From: Candidatus Limnocylindria bacterium
GTDB lineage: Bacteria > Chloroflexota > Limnocylindria > QHBO01
Length of the DNA: 64,000 nt
NCBI GenBank assembly: GCA_038209995.1
Contig: JBBQXD010000003.1
Coordinates: 89,079-153,078, forward strand
Direction: 5' to 3'
Every line of letters starts with the position of its first letter. The stretch's first letter is position 1. Positions 35,856 to 46,300 of the stretch are shown here, in pieces. The notes below the pieces were generated by a model. The model was not told the origin of the DNA, ran no database searches, and saw nothing but the letters and a program-made list of their open reading frames with translations. Position numbers and translations under genes: made by a program.

Positions 35856-38146
35856 CCGGCCTCGATCAGCGCACCTAGGGCCGTGCCGTCGGGTGCCAGC
35901 AGATCGCGAACCATCGGTCCGTTGACGTCGGCCACGATGATGTCGCCGACCTCGTCGTGGACCGCCCCGAAGAGGCCGATCGCGGCCATCCGCTCGGTCT
36001 GGAGCCGGTTGTCATCGGTGGGGGTCAGGTAATGGACCGCTGCGGCACCGTAGCGATGGACGAGATAGAGGTGCATGAGCGTCATGAGCCGCTTGCGGCG
36101 CAGCGCGGGATCGAACGTGTTCTGGTCGCGAATCGACAGGATCGCGCGGCCCCGCCGATCGGCGATGGTGGCGAAGATGATGTTGGCGAGGCGTCCCCCG
36201 TCGGCATCGTTCACCCCGAGCTCGAGGACCTCGGAGCCGGCGGTATGCGGCCGCAGGCTCACCTCCAGCGTGCGCTGCAGGCCGTGATGCTCCGCCCAGC
36301 GCGCGAGCCAGCCGGCGAGGAGCCGCGTCGGCACCTCGGTCTGGACGAGGTGCTGCTTCTGCGTGGAGCCGACGCCCATCGCCTTCGTGGTCGCCGTCTG
36401 GCCGGACGCGGCCATGAGCGCGGCGTCGGCCCGCGGGCCGCCCACCAGCGTCTGGGGCGTGCGGTACGGCGACTCGAGGAGGCGGAGCGTGCGCTGCAGC
36501 CGGGCGAGGGCGAGCATCCCGTCGTCGCGCAGCGCGGTGGCGAACTCTTCGGCGGCGAGGCCGTCGATCTGGTGGCCGCCGTAGGTGATGAAGTTGAACA
36601 CGAAGCCGAGCCTGCCGAGCTCGACGGGGAACGCCCGCATCTCCTCGTCGCTCATGCCGGTGGTGTCCCAGTTGAACGAGGGGGAGAGGTTGTAGGCGAG
36701 CATCTTTCCAGGGTGGACGGCGTGGATCGCCTCGGCGAACCGCCGCGCGTCGGCGAGGTCGGCGGTCTTGGTCTCCATCCACAGCAGGTCGGCAAACGGC
36801 GCGACGGCGAGCGACTTGGCGATCGCGTAGTCGATCCCGCCGGCGACCTGGTAGTAGCCCTCCGGCGTCTTGGCGAGATCGGGGTCCCACGCGACGTTGA
36901 GGCCCATCTCCCGCGCGCGGGAACGCGCGTCGCCCCACGACGCGCCGGCGGCGAAGCTCGCCCACTCGGCGCTCGTCATCTCAAGCTCGATGCCCTCGTC
37001 GGCGCGGAATGCCATCGCCTCGGCCACCGCCTGGCCGTAGGTCTTCAGCCCGGCGCGCGTCTCCCAGGTCTCGAGGAATCGGTCGGCGACGCGGTCGAGG
37101 GCGTCCTCCGGCGTTGAGCCCAGGGTGGCGGCGTGGGCGCGTCCCGCCCCGTCGATGAGCGGTGCGAGCCCGACCCGCTCGAGCCAGGCGTCGGCGGCGG
37201 CGGTCTCAGCTTGCGAGAGGGCGTAGATGCGGTGGCCGTTGAGATCCTCGACGCCCGCGCGCTGGAGACGCTGCATGAGCGCCAGGTACGCCGACTTGTA
37301 CGACGGGACGTCGGGCCGGGTGACGCCCAGGATGAACGGCTGGTCACGCTCGTCGCCGCCACCGTCGAGCAGGCTCGCCGCCTCGGCATCGGTGCGGGCC
37401 ACGATGATGCCGGCGACGTTCATGATGTCGAGCTGGAGGCGTGCCGCGTTGAGGCGCTTGATCTGCTCGTCGCACGGAACGAGCACCTTGCCGCCCTGGT
37501 GGCCGCACTTCTTGGCGCCGGGCTTCTGGTCCTCGATGTGGTAGCCGGGGACGCCGGCCTCCACGAAGCGGCGGATGAGGTTACGGACGTGGGCATCCCC
37601 GCCGTGCCCTGTGTCGGCGTCGGCGATGATGAGCGGGCTGAAATCGATCTCCGTGATGGTCGCCCGTTCGGCTTCGGTCATCCGTGACCGCGCGAAGCGC
37701 TGGTTGCGATCGGCGGCGAGGAGCGCGCGCACCAGGCCGGCCGCCTCGTCCGGCACCTGGCTCAGCGGGTAGCTGGCGAGATCGGGTCCGGGGTCCTCGG
37801 TGGCCGACCCCTTGGCGGAGGTGGCCCAGCCGCCGAGGTAGATCGCCTCGATGCCGGCGCGCTTCATGGCCACCGCCTGTCCGGGGCTGTAGGGACCGAA
37901 GGTGGTGATCGAGGTCCCGGCAGCGAACAGCTCGCGCAGGCGAGCGTACAGGCGGTCGGCGGCGTTGCGCGCGAGCGGGTAGTCGGTCGCGATCGTGCCT
38001 CGCTGCTCCACCACGTTGCGCGGCGAGAAGAGACGCACGATCTCGGCGAACCGGTCGCCGCGCATCCAGCCTGCGGTCGTCTCGATCTCGGTGTCGAAGG
38101 GGCCGGGCGCGAGCTCAGGCGCAGCGGGCCGCGCGGCGACGGTCAT
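35852..38146 (-). CDS. aceA: isocitrate lyase, long form (ICL2/AceAb-like, 764 aa)
   Basis: ICL signature [13 protein letters not shown] plus the extra about 300-aa C-terminal extension typical of the long actinobacterial isoform. Confidence 0.85.
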   Translation of the reverse strand: MTVAARPAAPELAPGPFDTEIETTAGWMRGDRFAEIVRLFSPRNVVEQRGTIATDYPLARNAADRLYARLRELFAAGTSITTFGPYSPGQAVAMKRAGIEAIYLGGWATSAKGSATEDPGPDLASYPLSQVPDEAAGLVRALLAADRNQRFARSRMTEAERATITEIDFSPLIIADADTGHGGDAHVRNLIRRFVEAGVPGYHIEDQKPGAKKCGHQGGKVLVPCDEQIKRLNAARLQLDIMNVAGIIVARTDAEAASLLDGGGDERDQPFILGVTRPDVPSYKSAYLALMQRLQRAGVEDLNGHRIYALSQAETAAADAWLERVGLAPLIDGAGRAHAATLGSTPEDALDRVADRFLETWETRAGLKTYGQAVAEAMAFRADEGIELEMTSAEWASFAAGASWGDARSRAREMGLNVAWDPDLAKTPEGYYQVAGGIDYAIAKSLAVAPFADLLWMETKTADLADARRFAEAIHAVHPGKMLAYNLSPSFNWDTTGMSDEEMRAFPVELGRLGFVFNFITYGGHQIDGLAAEEFATALRDDGMLALARLQRTLRLLESPYRTPQTLVGGPRADAALMAASGQTATTKAMGVGSTQKQHLVQTEVPTRLLAGWLARWAEHHGLQRTLEVSLRPHTAGSEVLELGVNDADGGRLANIIFATIADRRGRAILSIRDQNTFDPALRRKRLMTLMHLYLVHRYGAAAVHYLTPTDDNRLQTERMAAIGLFGAVHDEVGDIIVADVNGPMVRDLLAPDGTALGALIEAG

Positions 38147-38405
38147 CCGCTACTCGTTGGGGTGGTCGCGATTGCAGAGGTCCGGGCAGTGGCACTCGGA
38201 GAGCTCCGCCACGCTCAGCGGACGGGCCTCCGCAGGCGCGTCGGCTCGCCATGCGAGCCACGCGTCGCTCGTGGGGAGCGGGAGTGGCGCCGGGAGCGGC
38301 GCCTGGGTGGGTGTCTGGATCATGCGTCGCATCCTGACCGACCTCGTTCCATCGGTCAAGGCGATTCTGTGGATGGGTACCATCAGTCTCATCTATAATC
38401 CGCGG

Positions 38406-39335
38406 ATGCGTGACCAGCCACAGCTCAGCCAGCTCGAGGCCTTCATCGCTGTGTCCCGCGCCGGGACCATCAGCCGCGCGGCGACGGAGCTACTCGTCTC
38501 GCAGCCGGCTGTCACCGCCCGCATCCAGGGCCTGGAGCGCGTCGTCGGCACGCGACTCTTCGTGCGCGGACGCGCGGGCAGCCGCCTGACCGACGCGGGC
38601 CGCGCGCTGCTGCCGCACGCGGAGCGCGCGCTCGCGGCGGTGGACGGTGGCCGCCGCGCCGTGGCCGAGCTCGCCGCCGGGACGGCCGGTCGCCTCACGA
38701 TCGGTGCCGCGCCGGCGGTCTCGACCTACGTGCTGCCGGCGATTCTGCAGCGATTCCGAGACGAGCATCCCGGCGTGCAGCTGTCCGTGCGCAGTGGCCA
38801 CTCGGAGGAGGTGCTCGAGATGGTGCGCCGCGAGGAGGTGGCGGTGGGCCTCATGCGCCCCATCCCGGACGCGGAGGTGATCCAGACGCCCCTCTACGAG
38901 GACGAGCTGGTGCTCGTGGTGCACCGCGGCCACCGGTTCGCGTCCCAGGGGCAGATCCGTCTCGCGGACCTGCGCAGCGAGCACCTCATCCTGTTCGACC
39001 GGACGAGCAGCTACCACGAGCTCACCTCGAGTATTTTCCGGCAGGCGGGGATCGACCCGCTCGGCTACCTCGAGGTGGACAACATCGACGCCGCCAAGCG
39101 GATGGTCGAGCAGCGCCTCGGCATCGCGCTCCTGCCCGCGACCTCGGTCACCGCCGAGATCGGTGCCGGCCGCCTCTTCCCCGTGGTCGTCGCCGACATG
39201 GCGCCGGTGCGCCGTCAGATCGTCGTCGCCCGGCGTCGCGACGCCGGTCCGCCGTCACCGATCGTCACCGGGTTCCTCCGCACCCTCGCGGCGCTGCGAC
39301 CCGATCCGCACCGCGCGCACAGCATCATCGCCTAG
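38406..39335 (+). CDS. LysR family transcriptional regulator (divergent from isocitrate lyase)
   Basis: N-terminal HTH (LSQLEAFIAVSRAGTISRAATELLVSQPAVTARIQGLE) plus a LysR substrate-binding domain. Confidence 0.75.
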   Translation: MRDQPQLSQLEAFIAVSRAGTISRAATELLVSQPAVTARIQGLERVVGTRLFVRGRAGSRLTDAGRALLPHAERALAAVDGGRRAVAELAAGTAGRLTIGAAPAVSTYVLPAILQRFRDEHPGVQLSVRSGHSEEVLEMVRREEVAVGLMRPIPDAEVIQTPLYEDELVLVVHRGHRFASQGQIRLADLRSEHLILFDRTSSYHELTSSIFRQAGIDPLGYLEVDNIDAAKRMVEQRLGIALLPATSVTAEIGAGRLFPVVVADMAPVRRQIVVARRRDAGPPSPIVTGFLRTLAALRPDPHRAHSIIA

Positions 39336-39401
39336 GGCAAGCATCCTCGCCTGATCGGCACCCTGGCACTGCGCCGGGGGCGCGCGGTGGCCGAACGTTA
39401 G

Positions 39402-39752
39402 TCAACAGAGCGGGACGGGCGCGTTGCGGCAGATGTCCTCGACACGTCCCGCGAGGGATGCCACCTGGTCGCGGATCTCGGTGATGCGCTGAAGGATGAG
39501 CTGCGAGGAGTCGGTCGGAACCACGCCGTTCCGCGGGAGGGCCGCGATCTCGGAGTTGAGGTGGTCAACCGCGTCGCGCACCTCGCTGACCACCCTTGCG
39601 GCGCTGTCTGCGGCAGCAGCCGCAGCGTCCGCCTGCGCGCGCGCCTGCTCGACGTCGCCGCGCAGTCCGATGAGCTGGACGCCGAGAACGATGAGCAGCA
39701 CCGCCACCACCGTGCCGACAAGGGGCATGGGAAACGATCGCATGACGTTCAT
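39402..39752 (-). CDS. hypothetical membrane-anchored protein
   Basis: N-terminal TM (LVGTVVAVLLIVLGVQLI) followed by an Ala/Asp-rich coiled region. No identifiable motif. Confidence 0.35.
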   Translation of the reverse strand: MNVMRSFPMPLVGTVVAVLLIVLGVQLIGLRGDVEQARAQADAAAAAADSAARVVSEVRDAVDHLNSEIAALPRNGVVPTDSSQLILQRITEIRDQVASLAGRVEDICRNAPVPLC

Positions 39753-39796
39753 CCTGCCATGGGCTCGAGGTACGCGGAGAGCTCGCCGAGGCCCCG

Positions 39797-41710
39797 TCAT
39801 CCCTCTCCACGCGAGGCGCGCAGCTCGGCCATCGCAGCCCTCGCATCGTCGACCGAGCCCTCGTCCTCGATGGTCGTGATGTCGCCCGGGTCACGTCCGA
39901 GCACCACCGCCTTCAGGACCCGCCGCATGATCTTGCCGCTGCGGGTCTTCGGCAGGCTGTCGACGAAGCTGAGCTCGCCGACCACCGCGATGGGCCCCAG
40001 CTCGTCGCGGAGCGTGCGGAGCAGCTCGGCGCGCAGCTCGGTCGATGCCGCTGCACCGGCCTTGAGCACGATGAACGCGGCGATGACCTCGCCGCGCAGC
40101 TCGTTGGGACGCCCCGTGACGCCCGCCTCGGCCACCGCCGGATGGCGCAGGAACGCGGTCTCGACCTCGATCGTGCCGAGGCGATGTGCCGCGACCTTGA
40201 TGATCTCGTCCGCGCGGCCCGCGAACCACGCGTAGCCGTCGTCGTCGATGTGCGCCGCATCGCCGACGTAGTAGACCGACTGCCCGGGGATGCGCTCCCA
40301 GTAGTCCGCGACGTAGCGCTCCGGCTCGCCCCAGAGGGTCGTGATCAGCCCGGGAAACGGGCGGCGGATGATCATGATCCCCTTCTCCCCATTGGGAACC
40401 GGGTCGCCCTCCGGCGTCACCACCGCCGCATCGATCCCCGGCAGCGGGACGCCGGCCGACCCCGGCTTGATGGGCAGCAGCTCGACGCCGTACGGGTTAC
40501 CGAAGATCGGGCCGCCGGTCTCCGTCTGCCACATGTGGTCGATGACCGGGACGCGGCCGCCGAAGACGTGCTCGGCGAGCCACTCCAGCGCCGGCGGGTT
40601 GAGCACCTCGCCGGCGCTGAAGAAGCGCTCGACGCGCGACAGGTCGTGGCGTGCCGGCGGCTCGTCCCCGTGGCGCATGAGCGCGCGGATGGCGGTCGGG
40701 GAGCTGAAGACACCGGTGACGCGCTCCTCGGCCATGATCCGCCACGCGACATCCGTCTCCGGATGGTCGAGCGCGCCCTCGTAGGCGATGGTCGTGCAGC
40801 CGGCGATCAGGGGCGCGTGGACCATGTAGGCGTGGCCGACGATCCAGCCGATGTCCGAGGTGCACCACCAGACATCGTCGGGCACGAGACCGAAGACCCA
40901 GCGCGCCATGCTCGCGATATGGACCTGGTAGCCGCCGTGGCCATGGACCGCGAGCTTGGGACGTGCCGTCGTCCCGGAGGTGGCGAGGATGAATGCCGGA
41001 TCCTCGGCGCGCATGACCTCGTACGCGCCGTCGCTCCCCGGCGCCCCGGCCAGGAGCTGATCCCAGGTTCGGTGCCGCCCGTCGAGCCGTGCCGTCCCGG
41101 GGCGGCGCTCGAGGATGACCACGTGCTCCACCGCCCTGTTGTCCGCCAGCGCGGCATCCATGATCGACGCCAGCTCGACAACCTTCCCCTTGCGATAGGT
41201 CACATCGGCGGTCAGCACGACATGGGAACCCGATGCCCTGATGCGGTCGCCGAGGGCACCGGCGCCGAAGCCGGCGAAGACGACGAGGTGGATCGCGCCG
41301 ATGCGGGTTGTGGCCAGCATCGCGACGATCGACTCGACGCAGGTCGGCATGTAGATCGTCACCCGGTCGCCGCGCTGTACCCCAAGGCTCCGCAGTGCCG
41401 CCGCCACGCGCTGGACGTCGGCCAGGAGCTCGGCATACGTCCGCGTCTCGCGCCCACCGCGCTCGTTGCGGGCGACGAGTGCCAGGCGATCTCCCTGACC
41501 GGCGGCCACGTGGACATCGAGCGCGTTGTAGGCGAGGTTGGTCGTGCCGCCACCGAACCACCGGAACGTCGGTGGGTCCGGCCGCTCCAGCACGTGATCG
41601 GGCGGGTTGAACCAGGCGATCCCCCGCGCGGCGTCCGACCAGAACGTGTCCGGGTCGTCGAGTGCCCCCTGGAGCCAGGCGGCGATGCGCGGTGTCACTG
41701 CTCCGGTCAT
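39797..41710 (-). CDS. AMP-forming acyl-CoA synthetase, acetate/propionate-CoA ligase family (PrpE/AcsA-like)
   Basis: Collinear with Acs-type ligases: FWSDAARGIAWF ... TYAELLADV, the AMP-binding core and the conserved C-terminal Lys region (KTRSGKIMRR). Start at Met100 of the track ORF, with GGAGG upstream. Confidence 0.75.
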   Translation of the reverse strand: MTGAVTPRIAAWLQGALDDPDTFWSDAARGIAWFNPPDHVLERPDPPTFRWFGGGTTNLAYNALDVHVAAGQGDRLALVARNERGGRETRTYAELLADVQRVAAALRSLGVQRGDRVTIYMPTCVESIVAMLATTRIGAIHLVVFAGFGAGALGDRIRASGSHVVLTADVTYRKGKVVELASIMDAALADNRAVEHVVILERRPGTARLDGRHRTWDQLLAGAPGSDGAYEVMRAEDPAFILATSGTTARPKLAVHGHGGYQVHIASMARWVFGLVPDDVWWCTSDIGWIVGHAYMVHAPLIAGCTTIAYEGALDHPETDVAWRIMAEERVTGVFSSPTAIRALMRHGDEPPARHDLSRVERFFSAGEVLNPPALEWLAEHVFGGRVPVIDHMWQTETGGPIFGNPYGVELLPIKPGSAGVPLPGIDAAVVTPEGDPVPNGEKGIMIIRRPFPGLITTLWGEPERYVADYWERIPGQSVYYVGDAAHIDDDGYAWFAGRADEIIKVAAHRLGTIEVETAFLRHPAVAEAGVTGRPNELRGEVIAAFIVLKAGAAASTELRAELLRTLRDELGPIAVVGELSFVDSLPKTRSGKIMRRVLKAVVLGRDPGDITTIEDEGSVDDARAAMAELRASRGEG

Positions 41711-41799
41711 CGGCGAACGCGTGCCTCCGCTCGGGAACGGATGAGCCCCGGGCACGCACCGCGCGCAGCCCGGGGCTCCAGTGGACGTGGGGCGACGGA

Positions 41800-43284
41800 T
41801 CAGCCCGCGAGCGCGCCGCCCGTGGCAGCCTTGTCCTTGGCCGCCGCATCGAGGTCGTCCTGGTGTCCGCCAACTTCGTCCCAGATGCGAACGTCCTTCG
41901 TTTCGTGGATCGCGATGCCGCCCACGATCACGGTCATGACCGCGATCACGATCGGGTACCACAGGCCGGCGAAGATGTGGCCGCCCGGGGTGATGTTGCC
42001 GAGCCATGCCAACCCGCCGCCGACGACCGCTGCGGCAGTGACGGCCGTCGCGATGAACGGGAGCCAGCCGCCGAACTCGCCATTGCCGATGTGATAGGGG
42101 AGTGAGAGCGACGTATAGCGGATCCTGGCGGGGAAGTATTCAACCAGGAACGCGGCGATCGGCCCGTACACCATCGTCACGAACAGGATCATGATGAACA
42201 CCATCGCCGTCAGGCCCAGGATGTTCGGGTTCTGGGCGACCATGATCGCCTTGCCGGTGGCGTCGGTGCCCGGGATCGGGTTCGTGAACCCGTGCATCGC
42301 GTTGAAGATCGGGAAGTAGCTGACCGCCGCGATCAGGCAGCCGCCGAGGATGATCGGCTTGCGGCCGATCTGGTCGGAGAGCCACCCGAAGAAGACGAAG
42401 AACGGCGTCGCCAGCGCGATCGCGACGAGCATCACCGTGTAGGCATCGGTGAATTTGACTCCGAGCGAGGTCTGCATGAAGGACAGGGCGTAGAACTGGC
42501 CGGTGTACCAGACGACCGCCTGCCCGGCGGTCATGCCGAACAGCGCGAGCAGGATGAGGCGCCAGTTGCGGCGGTTGCCCAGGCTGTCACGCAGGGGGGC
42601 GGACGACGTCTTGCCCTGCTCCTTCGCTCGCGTGTACAGCGGTGTTTCCTGCAGCTTGAAGCGGATATACAGGGCGCCCACGACGAGGATCGCGGACAGG
42701 AGGAAGGGAATTCGCCACCCGATCGATGCGAACGTCTCGGGGCCGAGGGTCAGCCGGAAGATCAGGATGACCGCGAGCGCCAGGAAGAGCCCGATGGTGG
42801 CGGTCGTCTGGATCCATGACGTGTAGAGGCCGCGCTTGCGGTCCGGCGCATGCTCGGCGACGTAGATGGCCGCGCCCCCGTACTCACCGCCAAGGGCGAG
42901 GCCCTGCAGCATGCGGAGGGAGACGAGGATGATCGGGGCCAAGATGCCGATCTGCGCGTACCCGGGGAGCAGGCCAACCAGCACGGTCGCGCCGCCCATG
43001 ATCGACACAGTGAGCAGGAAGGCGACCTTGCGCCCGGTCTTGTCGCCGATGCGGCCGAAGACGAGGGCACCGAACGGGCGAACCGCGAACCCGGCGCCGA
43101 ACGTGGCCAGGGCGCTCAGGATCTGGGCCGTGGGATCACCGGGGAAGAAGACGGGCGCGAGAAAGGTGGCCAGGACGGCGTACAGGTAGAAGTCGTACCA
43201 CTCGATCACCGTACCGATCGCTGAGGCACCGATGACGAACGGGATCGAGGTGTTGTACGTCCGGGCGGGGGTCGTGGCTGCCAT
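41800..43284 (-). CDS. MFS metabolite:H+ symporter (MHS family, ProP/KgtP-like)
   Basis: MHS N-terminal signature (IGTVIEWYDFYLYAVLATFLAPVFFP) and GRIGDKTGRK. Start at MAATTP with GAGG 8 nt upstream. Confidence 0.7.
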   Translation of the reverse strand: MAATTPARTYNTSIPFVIGASAIGTVIEWYDFYLYAVLATFLAPVFFPGDPTAQILSALATFGAGFAVRPFGALVFGRIGDKTGRKVAFLLTVSIMGGATVLVGLLPGYAQIGILAPIILVSLRMLQGLALGGEYGGAAIYVAEHAPDRKRGLYTSWIQTTATIGLFLALAVILIFRLTLGPETFASIGWRIPFLLSAILVVGALYIRFKLQETPLYTRAKEQGKTSSAPLRDSLGNRRNWRLILLALFGMTAGQAVVWYTGQFYALSFMQTSLGVKFTDAYTVMLVAIALATPFFVFFGWLSDQIGRKPIILGGCLIAAVSYFPIFNAMHGFTNPIPGTDATGKAIMVAQNPNILGLTAMVFIMILFVTMVYGPIAAFLVEYFPARIRYTSLSLPYHIGNGEFGGWLPFIATAVTAAAVVGGGLAWLGNITPGGHIFAGLWYPIVIAVMTVIVGGIAIHETKDVRIWDEVGGHQDDLDAAAKDKAATGGALAG

Positions 43285-43297
43285 GTTCGCAAACCTC

Positions 43298-43311
43298 AAC
43301 GTGTTGAGAAC
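43298..43311. promoter_or_regulatory. perfect 14-bp palindrome CTCAACGTGTTGAG in the divergent promoter/RBS region
   Basis: Lies between the MHS transporter (-) and acs (+), 14 nt upstream of the transporter start codon and overlapping its RBS. Confidence 0.35.
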
Positions 43312-43556
43312 GAAGGTGACGGTTCCGAAGCTCGGATTCGGTCGTCGCGCGGCCGGGGTCGGCCGGGCATTCATCTCATGCTTTCGGGCCTGCCTCTCTC
43401 CCCTCGGCAGCGGAGCCTTCATGGTGGCTACGACCGGCACGATACACCCGGCGTGCAAGTTCACCGCCCGATGGGCACGCGAACGCCACGCGGCCCGCGG
43501 GTAGAATCTTCCCCGGAGATCCCCCGGAAGATCACGAAACGCAGGAGACGTCCCGC

Positions 43557-45530
43557 ATGAGCGACGAGCAGACCGCGACCCCGGACGCGATCGAGAACCT
43601 CCTCCGCGAGGAGCGCACGTTCGCTCCGTCGGCCGACTTCGTGGCGGAGGCGATCGCCGGCGACGCCGGCATCTACGAACGCACGGCAAGCGAGGAGGGC
43701 TTTCGCGCCTTCTGGACCGAGGAGGGGAACCGGCTCGACTGGATCGAGCCGTGGAGCGAGCTCTACACGTGGGACGCGCCGTATGCACAGTGGTTCATCG
43801 GCGGCAAGCTCAACGTCAGCGCGAACTGCCTGGACCGCCATGTGGCCAACGGGCTGGGCGACCGCGTCGCCTACTTCTGGGAGGGCGAGCCAGGCGACAG
43901 CCGCACGATCACCTACCGCGAGCTCCTCGACGAGGTGTGCCGCTTCACGAACGCCCTGCGGGCGCTGGGGGTGAGGAAGGGCGACCGGGTCGCGATCTAC
44001 ATGCCGATGATCCCCGAGCTGCCGGTCGCTATGCTCGCCTGCAGCCGCATCGGGGCGCCGCACAGCGTGGTGTTCGGCGGCTTTTCCGCAGATGCGCTGG
44101 CGGACCGCATCGAGGATGCGTCGTGCACCGTGGTCATCACCGCCGACGGCGGCTACCGCAAGGGTGCGGCAGTCGCGCTCAAGCACGCCGCCGACGAGGC
44201 GATCGGCCGGACGTCATCGGTCCAGCACTGTGTCGTCGTGCGCCGAACCGGGGCTGACGTCGCCTGGGACGAGGGACGCGACCACTGGTACCACGAGCTC
44301 ATCGCCGAGCAGCCGGCGACCGCGGAGCCGGAGCCGATGGACGCCGAGGACCTCCTCTATCTGCTCTACACCTCCGGGACCACGGCCAAGCCGAAGGGGA
44401 TCATGCACACCACCGGCGGCTACCTGGCCGGCGTGAGCGCCACCCATCGGCTCATCTTCGACCTGCACCCGGAGACCGATGTCTACTGGTGCATGGCCGA
44501 CATCGGCTGGGTGACCGGGCACAGCTACATCGTCTACGGCCCGCTCGCGAACGCCACCACGAGCGTCATCTACGAGGGCGCCATCGACTTCCCGCAGAAG
44601 GACCGATGGGCGCAGATCGTGGCGAAGTACGACGCCACCATCCTCTACACCGCCCCGACCGCCATCCGCGCGCTCATGAAGTACGGCGCCGATGCCTTCG
44701 CCGCCGATGACCTGTCCTCGCTGCGCCTGCTCGGCTCCGTCGGCGAGCCGATCAACCCCGAGGCCTGGGCCTGGTACTGGACTGAGATCGGCGGCGGCCG
44801 CTGTCCGGTCGTCGACACGTGGTGGCAGACCGAGACGGGGATGATCATGATCACGCCGCTCCCCGGGATCACGACCCTCAAGCCGGGGTCGGCGACCTTC
44901 CCGTTTCCCGGCGTGAAGGCCGACGTCGTGGACGAGGCGGGCACATCGGTCCCGCTCGGGCGCGGGGGCTACCTCGTCATTGAGCGCCCCTGGCCCGCGA
45001 TGCTGCGCGGCATCTACGGCGACCCGGAGCGCTACGAGCAGACGTACTGGTCGCGTTACCCCGGTCGCTACTTCCCCGGCGACGGGTGCAAGCGCGACGA
45101 GGAGGGCTACTACTGGCTGCTCGGCCGCGTCGACGACGTCATGAACGTCTCCGGGCACCGCATCTCCACCACCGAGATCGAGTCTGCGCTCGTCTCGCAT
45201 CCGGCGGTCGCGGAGGCAGCCGTCGTGGGGCGCAGCGATCCGATCACCGGCCAGGCCATCTTCTGCTACGTCATCCTGCGCTTCGGCCACGAGCCGTCGG
45301 ATGAGCTCGCCGCAGGCCTGCGCGAGCACGTGGCGGACGTGATCGGCAAGTTCGCGCGCCCCAAGCAGCTCATGTTCACGCCCGATCTGCCGAAGACGCG
45401 CTCCGGCAAGATCATGCGCCGCCTGCTGCGCGACATTGCCGAGCAGCGCAACCTCGGGGACGTCACCACGCTCGCCGACGCGAACGTCGTGCATACGATC
45501 CGCGAGCAGTCCGGGACGGGCGAGGAGTAG
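43557..45530 (+). CDS. acs: acetyl-CoA synthetase (AMP-forming)
   Basis: Canonical Acs N-terminus (NLLREERTFAPSADFVAEA ... WFIGGKLNVSANCLDRH), the YTSGTTAKPKG box, the WWQTETG box and the C-terminal PKTRSGKIMRR. Confidence 0.85.
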   Translation: MSDEQTATPDAIENLLREERTFAPSADFVAEAIAGDAGIYERTASEEGFRAFWTEEGNRLDWIEPWSELYTWDAPYAQWFIGGKLNVSANCLDRHVANGLGDRVAYFWEGEPGDSRTITYRELLDEVCRFTNALRALGVRKGDRVAIYMPMIPELPVAMLACSRIGAPHSVVFGGFSADALADRIEDASCTVVITADGGYRKGAAVALKHAADEAIGRTSSVQHCVVVRRTGADVAWDEGRDHWYHELIAEQPATAEPEPMDAEDLLYLLYTSGTTAKPKGIMHTTGGYLAGVSATHRLIFDLHPETDVYWCMADIGWVTGHSYIVYGPLANATTSVIYEGAIDFPQKDRWAQIVAKYDATILYTAPTAIRALMKYGADAFAADDLSSLRLLGSVGEPINPEAWAWYWTEIGGGRCPVVDTWWQTETGMIMITPLPGITTLKPGSATFPFPGVKADVVDEAGTSVPLGRGGYLVIERPWPAMLRGIYGDPERYEQTYWSRYPGRYFPGDGCKRDEEGYYWLLGRVDDVMNVSGHRISTTEIESALVSHPAVAEAAVVGRSDPITGQAIFCYVILRFGHEPSDELAAGLREHVADVIGKFARPKQLMFTPDLPKTRSGKIMRRLLRDIAEQRNLGDVTTLADANVVHTIREQSGTGEE

Positions 45531-45550
45531 GCCCCGGGGAGCCTGCCGGG

Positions 45551-46291
45551 ATGGCTGCCCCGCCGCTCCCGATCCGCGCGGCGCCGGAGATCGGCGCCGG
45601 CCGCGTCTGCCTGGTGGGTGCCGGCGAGTATCTGGCCGCGATGGAGCCGGTCGACCGCGAGCTGCTCGCCCTCACGCCCGCAGCAGGCGAGGGACGAGTC
45701 CCGCTCGTCGTGTGCCTCCCGACCGCAGCCGGGACCGAGGGCGAGCAGGTGGTGGCACGCTGGATGAGCGCCGGCATCGAGCATTTCCGGCACCTGGGCG
45801 CGGACGCGATGGCGCTTCGCGTCATCGACCGCGAGACGGCCAAGGAGCCGGAGCTCGCCGATGTCATCGGTGCCGCCGACCTCGTCTACCTGTCGGGCGG
45901 CAAGCCGCCGCACCTCATGGCGACCCTTCGCGACACGCCGGCGCGGGACGGCATCCTGCGCGTCCTCGAGCGTGGCGGGGTGGTCGCCGGCTGCAGCGCG
46001 GGCGCGATGATCATGGGCGCGCACGTCCCCTCGTTTCCGAACATGGCAAGCCGCCAGCCCGGCTTCGCGCTCGTCCCCGATGCCATCGTGCTGCCCCATT
46101 TCGATGAGTTCTTCGGCCGCTTCGGCCGCCTCGCCCAGCTCGGCGCGCCATCGAAGAGCTATCTCCTCGGCATCGACGGCATGACCGGCATGCTGGTCGG
46201 GACTGATGGGTGGCGCGTGCTCGGCGAGCGGCGCGTGGTGGTCGACGACGGCCGGCGGCGGGTCGAGCTGCGGACAGGATCGCGCGGCTAG
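45551..46291 (+). CDS. peptidase S51 / cyanophycinase-dipeptidase E-like (type 1 glutamine amidotransferase-like fold)
   Basis: VYLSGGKPPHLMATL and GCSAGAMIMG (nucleophile-elbow-like Ser) are typical of the S51 family. Confidence 0.55.
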   Translation: MAAPPLPIRAAPEIGAGRVCLVGAGEYLAAMEPVDRELLALTPAAGEGRVPLVVCLPTAAGTEGEQVVARWMSAGIEHFRHLGADAMALRVIDRETAKEPELADVIGAADLVYLSGGKPPHLMATLRDTPARDGILRVLERGGVVAGCSAGAMIMGAHVPSFPNMASRQPGFALVPDAIVLPHFDEFFGRFGRLAQLGAPSKSYLLGIDGMTGMLVGTDGWRVLGERRVVVDDGRRRVELRTGSRG

Positions 46292-46300
46292 AATCGGACC

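Noticed and set aside
40142-42094. 650-aa plus-strand ORF antisense to the acyl-CoA synthetase and the MHS transporter
   Set aside because: No motifs and extreme Arg/Gly/Asp bias. The minus-strand genes carry full AMP-binding and MFS signatures.
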